17,323 nt of DNA, taken from contig JBBIMI010000018.1 of assembly GCA_037444485.1 (NCBI GenBank), positions 1 through 17,323 of the forward strand. The letters run 5' to 3'. Numbering within the stretch: position 1 is the first letter of the stretch; the number at the start of each line of letters is the position of its first letter. This stretch comes from Candidatus Micrarchaeota archaeon (GTDB lineage Archaea; Micrarchaeota; Micrarchaeia; Norongarragalinales; Norongarragalinaceae). The notes under the pieces were generated by a model. The model saw nothing but the letters and a program-made list of their open reading frames with translations. It was not told the origin of the DNA and searched no databases. Position numbers and translations under genes: made by a program. This document shows positions 6,076-12,981 of the stretch, piece after piece.

Positions 6076-7704
6076 TTAAAGCTTTTTTTGGGTTTTTGCA
6101 CCCGAATTTTTTAAGTCTCTCGAGAGAATAGCGATTACGTCCCAATTAATTAATTCTTTTTGTTTTAAATTCTTGATTTCTTTCCCTAAATCTTTTTTTA
6201 TTTTATTTATTATTTCAGTCATATTTTTTTCTGGTGGGTAGTCTAGTGAAAGAACATCGCCTTGAACCACTTTGTCGTTTGCTCCCAAATATTTTTTAAG
6301 GTGAACCTTGATTTTTGAAATTACGCCATTTGGAATACTGCGGGATTGTTTAAGCTTTGCTCCTTTAACTGAAAGACCTCTAAATGAATCATCATTCAAA
6401 ACCGCTAGTTCCCGAACAGTGGTTCCGGCCGGGACTTTAAAACTTTTCTTTTCTCCGTCTGGTTGAATTACTGAAACCGTGATGAAATCGCGTCCTAAAA
6501 TTTTTTTCAGCGTATAAAACGCATTTTGTTCTCCTATTGTTTCCTTCAATAAATCAAGATACCCAAATTTTTTCGTTTCCTTGCTTAACTCGCCTGACCT
6601 TAAAACCCTGCATGGCGGGCCGTACTCGTTAAAGGCATGCATTTTCTCGCCGACGATTTGGAGTTCTACAAGGTTTTCAGCGTTTTTCTCTGTTCCAGGA
6701 AGCCAGCCAATCAAGTGGTAAGCCTTGTAACCGTTTCTCTTCGGGTTTTCAACATAATTTTTTTCTGCGGGCGTGCCTCTCGGCAAGTAAGGCTCGCCTG
6801 CCAGCGTGAAACCGTTTTCTTTAAGCACTTCAGCTAATGGGATAACGTCTCTGCCTCGTTTTACGATTATTCGCAAGCCTTTCACGTCGTGAATTTTTTT
6901 GTATGAAATCCCGCGTGCCATCGCTTTCCTGTAAATACTGCTAGGAGTCTTAACTCTGTGCTGTACTTCCACGACATCAACTAGAGAACCTCTCGTTGGA
7001 ATAATCTTTCCGTTTTCATCAATCTTCAAGCCAAGAAAGTCAAGCAAGTTTTCCTTCAATCGTAAAAGCTTTTCCTCGTAATTTTGTTTTTTAATCCAGT
7101 CGCTTATTTCCTCGTAGTAACTCTTGTTCTCGAGCTTAAAAACCAAGTCCTCCATATCTGAAACTAGTTTATAGTAATTCAATGCTTGCGCGATTGGGGT
7201 TAGAGTCTTCACTTTTAGTATTTGCGTATTTAACGACTTGTCAAACTTTTTGCTTTGGGTTGCAACAGGTTTCAGTTTTTCGAATTCTTGTGCGGCATGC
7301 ACTAGGAAAGCCTGCGGGTCGTTCGTTTGCGTAATCAAGTCAATCAATTGTTTGACGTCCGTCTCAATCTTTGGTTTTATTTCAATCGCTGTCCTAAGAG
7401 CATTAAAGTTTTTAACGATTTCAATAACGCGAACATTGTTTAAGGTTATTGGTTTGCTTCCGCCTTTAAGTCTTATTTCCTTCAAATTCAATGATTCAAT
7501 CTTTTCTTTCGGTAGCCCGTGAAGCAAACCGGCGACTATAGTATCTGCTTCAGCGTTGTTTTTTAAGAGAATGAGTGCGGTATTCCAGTAATGCTCGAAG
7601 TCTTTACGCTGCTCTTTAGGCTGCATTCCAGGATAAGTGTCGTAATAAGCTTTTCTAGCCACTTCCTTAATCTCGTTCAAATGATCTTCAGTGAATTGAA
7701 CCAC
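6076..7704 (-). CDS. Long RelA/SpoT homologue (RSH): degenerate HD hydrolase, synthetase domain and TGS-like domain; no ZFD/ACT
   Basis: Pseudo-HD: HYWNTALIL...ADTIVAGLLHG. Linker PIAQALNYYKLVSDMEDLVFK resembles PLAHRLG...ELEDLxF. Synthetase: HRVKTPSSIYRK, IHDVKGLRIIV, NYVENPKRNGYKAYH, VELQI...MHAFNEYG. TGS: VIQPDGEKKSFKVPAGTTVRELA...GAKL...QGDVLSL. Confidence 0.88.
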   Translation of the reverse strand: MVQFTEDHLNEIKEVARKAYYDTYPGMQPKEQRKDFEHYWNTALILLKNNAEADTIVAGLLHGLPKEKIESLNLKEIRLKGGSKPITLNNVRVIEIVKNFNALRTAIEIKPKIETDVKQLIDLITQTNDPQAFLVHAAQEFEKLKPVATQSKKFDKSLNTQILKVKTLTPIAQALNYYKLVSDMEDLVFKLENKSYYEEISDWIKKQNYEEKLLRLKENLLDFLGLKIDENGKIIPTRGSLVDVVEVQHRVKTPSSIYRKAMARGISYKKIHDVKGLRIIVKRGRDVIPLAEVLKENGFTLAGEPYLPRGTPAEKNYVENPKRNGYKAYHLIGWLPGTEKNAENLVELQIVGEKMHAFNEYGPPCRVLRSGELSKETKKFGYLDLLKETIGEQNAFYTLKKILGRDFITVSVIQPDGEKKSFKVPAGTTVRELAVLNDDSFRGLSVKGAKLKQSRSIPNGVISKIKVHLKKYLGANDKVVQGDVLSLDYPPEKNMTEIINKIKKDLGKEIKNLKQKELINWDVIAILSRDLKNSGAKTQKKL

Positions 7705-7727
7705 GAGTAAAGAAAGTGTTCAACCTA

Positions 7728-7737
7728 GTATAAAAAA
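7728..7737 (-). promoter_or_regulatory. TATA box of the RSH gene (likely leaderless transcript)
   Basis: TTTTTTATAC on the - strand, ending about 24 nt before the GTG start at 7704. No SD motif. Confidence 0.6.
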
Positions 7738-7746
7738 GCGTGTGTA

Positions 7747-7772
7747 AAAACAAGTTTTCAAAACAAGTTTTC
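7747..7772. repeat. 13-bp tandem repeat of a quasi-palindrome upstream of the RSH promoter
   Basis: AAAACAAGTTTTC at 7747-7759 and 7760-7772. Each copy contains AAAAC-AA-GTTTT dyad symmetry. Confidence 0.85.
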
Positions 7773-7836
7773 AAGAAAGCAATTCCGCGCTTTCCACAAT
7801 TGCTTTTTTTCTAAAAGCAAGCTGTTGGGCTTTGTT

Positions 7837-10248
7837 TCAACGCGTTCTCGCTTTCTTTAACAAAACGCGTTTTTCAGCGCTTGAGATGATGCGACGCGTT
7901 ACGTCAATAACGTCCGGATTCACGCTAACGCTGTCGATTCCGAATTCCACGAGCGCTTCAGCAAATTCAGGGTAGACGCTTGGAGCTTGACCGCACAACG
8001 AAACGCGCACGCCCCGCGAGTGACAAACGCGAATCAGTTTCTCTATTGACTTCAACACAGCTTCATTCCGTTCATCGAAGTCTTCTGCGACTAACGGGTC
8101 GTCCCTGTCAACGCCGAGCGTGAGCATCGTCAAATCATTGCTTCCAATACTCATGAAATCGATTCCAACTTCACAGAATTCCTTCGCGAGAATAACAACG
8201 CTCGGCACTTCACACATGATTCCGAATTTGAAGTCGTGACTCTGCAGCAAGCCTTCACTCTCAACGATTTTCTTGCATTCTTCCAATTCGCGGACTGTCC
8301 GCACGAAGGGAATCATGAGCCACAAGTTCTTCATTCCATACTGGTCGCGCACTTTCTTCAACGCCCGCAGCTCGAGGCGGAAGACGTCCGGCTGTTTGAC
8401 GTAACGGTAACAACCGCGAAAGCCAATGAGCGGGTTTTCTTCCTTCGGCTCGAACTCCTCGCCGCCCCGCAAGCCGCGGTATTCGTTCGTCTTGAAGTCA
8501 GTAGCGCGATAGATTACTGGCCTCGGGTGGAATGGAGCGCAAATCTTGCGCAAGCCACGCGCCAAGCCGTCAATAAACTCTTGCTCTCGGCGTTCGGCAA
8601 TGAGCTTCTTCGGGTGAACGCCCAAGCCGGCAATCATGAACTCAGCGCGCAGCAGCCCCACTCCGTCGACGTTCTGCTTCGAAACAGCTTCAGCCTGGTC
8701 GGGCTCCGCGAGGTTGACGTAAACCTTCGTGCCGGTAACAATCGGAGTCGCGAGCGCAACGTGTTCTGCGACTTTTACCTCGACAGGCTTTTCCTCTTCA
8801 ATAGCAACAGCGCCTTCGTAAACAACTCCTCGCTTGGCGTCTACGGTAATCGCCTGTCCGTCCTGCAGAATGCGGGTCGCCTGCTGCGTTCCCACGACGC
8901 ACGGCACGCCGAGCTCGCGCGAAACAATTGCAGCGTGGCACGTCATCCCGCCGCTGTCCGTCACGATGGCCTTCGCGCGCTTCATCGCAGGCACGAAGTC
9001 AGGACTTGTCATTTCGGTGACTAGCACATCGCCTTCGCGGACTTTGTTCAACTCGCGCAAGTCCAAAACGATTTTGACGGTCCCGCTTGCGACTCCGGGC
9101 GAAGCGCCCAATCCCTGAAGCAAAACGCGGGCGTTCTCGAGCGAAACGCTCGGCGCTTTCGAAACCGCTGTTGCAAGCGCTTCGGGCGAGGGCAGCACAG
9201 CCGCCGCTTCAACCGGCGCGAGCGCAGGCGCTGCCGCAGGCGCGGCTGCAGGCGCGGGTTCGCCGCGCTGGCGCTTGAGCGTCGTGACAGCCCGCGTTTG
9301 AACTATGTAAACGTTCTTGCCTTCAACCGCCCATTCTATGTCTTGCGGCCAGCCGTAGTGTTCTTCAATCCGCCGCGCGAGTTTCGCGAGCACGCGAATC
9401 TCTCCGTCACTCAACTTCTGCGTTTCTTGAAGTTCTTCAGGAACTTCAACGCGTTGCGTCTCGCCTCCCGGTTTGCGGACCACCATGTCTTTCTGCCGCG
9501 CGAGTTTCTTGTCTAAAACCTGTAAACTCGTTTTGTCTACAACGTAACGGTCTGGAGTAATCGAGCCAGAAACAACTGACTCACCTAAACCCAGTCCTGC
9601 TTCGATGACGATTTTGTTTTCGTCGCCTGACATTGGGTCTACAGTAAAAATAACTCCGGCCTTGTCGCTGTCAACCATTTTTTCGACAATGACAGCAATT
9701 CCTGTTTCCACTTGCGAAAAACCTTGTTGCTTGCGGTAGTAAATCGCGCGCGCTTCAAACAATGAAGCCCAACATTTTTGCACGGCCTTCACAACGTTTT
9801 CGCCACCCGCAATGTTCAGGAAAGTCGCTTGTTGGCCTGCGAACGAGAATTTAGGTAGGTCTTCCGCAGTAGCGCTGCTCCTGATTGCTACGAACACTTC
9901 CTCACCGATTGAGGGAATCAAGTCGACTCCGCACAACTTGTTGTAAGCGCGAATGATTTGCGAACGCGTTTCTTCGCCCATCTGTCCCTGGAGTATCGCG
10001 CGCTTGATTTCGTGGCTCGCTTGCTGGAGCGCGTTCGAATCCTGCACGTTCAAGTCGTCAGTTTTGCGTTTGATGAGTTCGTCAATCTTGTTTTTCTTAA
10101 CGAATTCAAAGTAAGCGTCGGCGCACACTACGAACGCAGGCGGAACGGGAAGATTCAAGTTAAACATTTCAGCCAAGTTCGCGCCCTTTCCGCCGGCTAT
10201 CTTCAAACTGTCTTTGCTTAACTCGTTAAGCCAGTAAACCGCTTTCAA
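7837..10248 (-). CDS. ppsA: Phosphoenolpyruvate synthase (pyruvate, water dikinase)
   Basis: GGKGANLAEM, AIRSSATAEDLPKFSFAGQQATFLN, PQDIEWA, VQTRAVTT, phospho-His motif GGMTCHAAIVSRELG, DGVGLLRAEF, EENPLIGFRG, SIGSNDLT, CGQAPS. Start set at TTG 10248 (MKAVYWLNEL); the track gives 10290. Confidence 0.97.
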   Translation of the reverse strand: MKAVYWLNELSKDSLKIAGGKGANLAEMFNLNLPVPPAFVVCADAYFEFVKKNKIDELIKRKTDDLNVQDSNALQQASHEIKRAILQGQMGEETRSQIIRAYNKLCGVDLIPSIGEEVFVAIRSSATAEDLPKFSFAGQQATFLNIAGGENVVKAVQKCWASLFEARAIYYRKQQGFSQVETGIAVIVEKMVDSDKAGVIFTVDPMSGDENKIVIEAGLGLGESVVSGSITPDRYVVDKTSLQVLDKKLARQKDMVVRKPGGETQRVEVPEELQETQKLSDGEIRVLAKLARRIEEHYGWPQDIEWAVEGKNVYIVQTRAVTTLKRQRGEPAPAAAPAAAPALAPVEAAAVLPSPEALATAVSKAPSVSLENARVLLQGLGASPGVASGTVKIVLDLRELNKVREGDVLVTEMTSPDFVPAMKRAKAIVTDSGGMTCHAAIVSRELGVPCVVGTQQATRILQDGQAITVDAKRGVVYEGAVAIEEEKPVEVKVAEHVALATPIVTGTKVYVNLAEPDQAEAVSKQNVDGVGLLRAEFMIAGLGVHPKKLIAERREQEFIDGLARGLRKICAPFHPRPVIYRATDFKTNEYRGLRGGEEFEPKEENPLIGFRGCYRYVKQPDVFRLELRALKKVRDQYGMKNLWLMIPFVRTVRELEECKKIVESEGLLQSHDFKFGIMCEVPSVVILAKEFCEVGIDFMSIGSNDLTMLTLGVDRDDPLVAEDFDERNEAVLKSIEKLIRVCHSRGVRVSLCGQAPSVYPEFAEALVEFGIDSVSVNPDVIDVTRRIISSAEKRVLLKKARTR

Positions 10249-10362
10249 AACCAAAACCGCCTTTAATTGTTTTAAAGAAAACAAACGCAAAACAAGTATT
10301 TATTGATTAATAACGATTAATTAATAACGCGGGAAACAAGTCGATACTTATAACTCGGTAAT

Positions 10363-10788
10363 TTAATGCTTTTGCAGAAAACCTTCAGCTTTCTCTAAAA
10401 CTTGTTTTGAATTCTTGAACGTCAAACGATCGCGCGCCTGCTGGAAAGGAAGCCAATCGAAACCAACGTGCTCGAAAGACAACTTTACCTCGCGCGAAAG
10501 CGATTCCGCCAACAGAAAAACAACGTCTTTGCTCACTAATTCTTTTTTCTCGCGAAAAAAGTAGTGAATAGACTCGCGAAACCCTTGAATGATTTTCACT
10601 CTCGAAATCCCTGTTTCCTCGCGTAACTCGCGTAACGCGGTTTCCTCTTCACTTTCACCTTCTTCCACGCCGCCTTTCGGAAAATCCCAGTGGCCGGACT
10701 CGTAATGCAACAGCAAGTACTCGCGCCCGCGCACTTCACCAGCGCGCGAGAAAACAATCAATCCTACAGACTTCCTCTTCACAACCAA
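10363..10788 (-). CDS. Nudix hydrolase, asymmetrical bis(5'-nucleosyl)-tetraphosphatase (Ap4A hydrolase)-like
   Basis: YLLLHYESGHWDFPKG plus Nudix box GVEEGESEEETALRELREETG, then Y.F...KDVVFLLA and LSFEH..FDW. SD GGTGAAGGGG upstream. Confidence 0.9.
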   Translation of the reverse strand: MVVKRKSVGLIVFSRAGEVRGREYLLLHYESGHWDFPKGGVEEGESEEETALRELREETGISRVKIIQGFRESIHYFFREKKELVSKDVVFLLAESLSREVKLSFEHVGFDWLPFQQARDRLTFKNSKQVLEKAEGFLQKH

Positions 10789-10807
10789 ACCCCTTCACCT
10801 TTCCCCT

Positions 10808-11554
10808 TCACCTTTCCCTGCGCTTGAATTCTCGCTGCACTTCGCCGAAAGCCGCGAACAACGCTTGCGCCTCGTCATCGCTTGCTGGCGCGCGCTCTAG
10901 AACCCGCTTAAACGCGAGGGAAACCTTCTTCTTGTCGCGCACGCGCGGCAAACGCGCAAGCGTTTCTTCAAACAACTTGACTAACGACGAGATTTTTTTC
11001 TTTGACGCGAAATCAAAGAAAGCGCGCGGCTTACCCCGCGCTTCACGCGCGCGCGTCAAGCGAACCAATTCGTACAACGTTACTGCAACCGCGTGCGACA
11101 AGTTCAGCACCGAGTGCGCGGAACTCGTCGGAATAACCGCAACCACGTTACACTCCTCGAACTCCCCCTCGCTCAAGCCCGAGTCCTCAGGCCCGAACAC
11201 GAGCGCGGCTTCTTTACACCGCAGCACTTTTTCAAAGCAGCCCTCAAGCGGCAGGCAGTTTTTGAATGCGCGCGAGCGGAAACGCGACGGCACGCCAGTA
11301 GTGCCAACAACGAAATCGCATCCGCGCACCGCCTCCTTCAAAGAACCATGGATTGCGGCGTCACGCAACACTTCCTCCGAATGCTTGGCGAAAAGCTTGG
11401 CGGTAAAACCAAGCGCGCAGCGGGGCGCGACTAAAACGAGTTTCTTGACTCCGAAGTTCTTCATGGCGCGCGCTACGCTGCCGACGTTCAACCCGTGCAT
11501 TGGTTTTACGAGAACCACGCGCGCTTTCGTGACGACCCTCTCCGTTCGAGTCAA
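10808..11554 (-). CDS. trmJ: SPOUT tRNA (C32/U32)-2'-O-methyltransferase, TrmJ/TrmH family
   Basis: RVVLVKP..GLNVGSVARAMKNFG, AKHSEEVL, VVGTTG, ALVFGPEDSGLS..E, IPTS....LNLSHAVAVTLYEL, plus a TrmJ-type C-terminal helical domain. Confidence 0.92.
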   Translation of the reverse strand: MTRTERVVTKARVVLVKPMHGLNVGSVARAMKNFGVKKLVLVAPRCALGFTAKLFAKHSEEVLRDAAIHGSLKEAVRGCDFVVGTTGVPSRFRSRAFKNCLPLEGCFEKVLRCKEAALVFGPEDSGLSEGEFEECNVVAVIPTSSAHSVLNLSHAVAVTLYELVRLTRAREARGKPRAFFDFASKKKISSLVKLFEETLARLPRVRDKKKVSLAFKRVLERAPASDDEAQALFAAFGEVQREFKRRER

Positions 11555-11584
11555 TCGAATGGTTTTTTATTTTAAAGTAAAGTA

Positions 11585-12871
11585 ATGAGTTTCGTGAATA
11601 AAACCATTTATGCGAGCGACGCGTTTCAGTCAACCGTTTTTTTCGCTTTAATTTCTAGTTTAACCTTGCTCGCATTCCTTCCCTTCGCAAGCGCTGCGGT
11701 TTCAAGCAGTGAAGCGCAAACGAAAATCGCGTTAGTGTTGGGAAGCGAAGCAAAGGAAGTGCTTTCGCTTTCGAAGCCGCTTGAAGTCGGCGCTTCACGA
11801 TACTGGGTTTTCTTTTACTCGATTTACTCTCCGAAACGCGTTCTCGCAGCTGTTGACGATGACGCGGGCGAAATCGTCGCCGACAAAGACAAACTAAAGG
11901 CAGTCGGCAAAGCTGTTTACGAGTACGGGGTTGTGCAAGAGTACTTGAAGAAAAACGGTTGGGGTTTCGACGCCGTTGAACCAGTGATTTCAAGCGTTGT
12001 GAATGCTTTGAATGAAAACGAGCGCAAACTCTCTGACCTCACCGCGAGCGTGGAACAACGTTATCCGACGCTTTCCTTCCGCAGCGTAGAAGCGAACTTG
12101 AATTCGTTGACGGAACAAGCCTTCGCGCTCGAAACACTCCTGCAAGACGGAAACTCGCTTGAAAACATTTTCGACACCGAGTACACGGACTCAGCGCTAT
12201 ACCAGTTAGTGACGCAGTACAACAACTCGCTTTCACTCTTGAACAAATTCTCGAATTCGTACGACGATTACCGCAAAACGATTTCTGACGTGCAGTCTCA
12301 AGCCTACAAAGCAAACATTACTGACCCTGATTACACGAGCATCAACACGAACTTAGAGAGGTTGCGGGACATCGCGTTCAACCAGCTTTACGAAAAATTA
12401 AAGAAGGAAAAGCCAAGCATAGAATTCAATAAGCTGCTTGACGCGGACCGCGAGAATGCGTGGATTACTGATGGGATAGCGTCTTTCGAGTTCAAGAAAA
12501 ACTATTTCGACGCTACGAACGCATTCAACGAACAACAAGCAACAGTCAAACAAATCCTTGCAGCAGAATCAGCCCTCTCGCAATGCGGTATTACGACGAC
12601 GAAATTAAAGCAAGACTGGAACGAAATCGAGTACTTCATGAGCAAAGGCAGTTCGAACGCTTACGCTAAAGTCGTAAAGAAAATGCCGTCCATAACTGCG
12701 CAAGTGCAAGAAATTCAAGAAAAATATGAAGCGTGCTTAAACCCGCCGCGCTCGCGCGGCACAACCCGCGGCGTCAATTACAGCGCGGCAGTCGCCGCGC
12801 TCTTCGTAATCGCAATCGCGGCCACCAGCTACTGGTACTGGAAGAAAAAAAAAGAAGAAGAACAATACTGA
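11585..12871 (+). CDS. Secreted, C-terminally membrane-anchored protein with a PepSY-like N-domain and a long helical stalk
   Basis: Signal peptide (VFFALISSLTLLAFLPFASA|A). PepSY-like pattern SSSEAQTKIA...YWVFFY...AAVDDDAGEIV, amphipathic helical body, C-terminal TM segment YSAAVAALFVIAIAATSYWYW followed by KKKKEEEQY. The domain call is tentative. Confidence 0.7.
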   Translation: MSFVNKTIYASDAFQSTVFFALISSLTLLAFLPFASAAVSSSEAQTKIALVLGSEAKEVLSLSKPLEVGASRYWVFFYSIYSPKRVLAAVDDDAGEIVADKDKLKAVGKAVYEYGVVQEYLKKNGWGFDAVEPVISSVVNALNENERKLSDLTASVEQRYPTLSFRSVEANLNSLTEQAFALETLLQDGNSLENIFDTEYTDSALYQLVTQYNNSLSLLNKFSNSYDDYRKTISDVQSQAYKANITDPDYTSINTNLERLRDIAFNQLYEKLKKEKPSIEFNKLLDADRENAWITDGIASFEFKKNYFDATNAFNEQQATVKQILAAESALSQCGITTTKLKQDWNEIEYFMSKGSSNAYAKVVKKMPSITAQVQEIQEKYEACLNPPRSRGTTRGVNYSAAVAALFVIAIAATSYWYWKKKKEEEQY

Positions 12872-12981
12872 GCAGAAGATTAAGAAGAAGATTAATAGAA
12901 AGCATGTTAGAGGATGGTGCCAAGTCCTTTAAAACGAGTTCTTAAAAAAAATGCTTTGCTTTTTTCTTGATTTTTCGATTT

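Noticed and set aside
6076..7704. Calling the RSH a bifunctional Rel/SpoT or assigning the symbol relA/spoT
   Set aside because: The HD catalytic residues are missing, the C-terminal regulatory domains are absent and several synthetase motifs deviate, so orthology and activity cannot be asserted from sequence alone.
1231..7772. Short direct repeats (16, 21 and 13 bp) as a possible CRISPR array or att/target-site duplications
   Set aside because: Each has only two adjacent copies with no spacers, they do not flank an element, and no cas, integrase or transposase gene is present.
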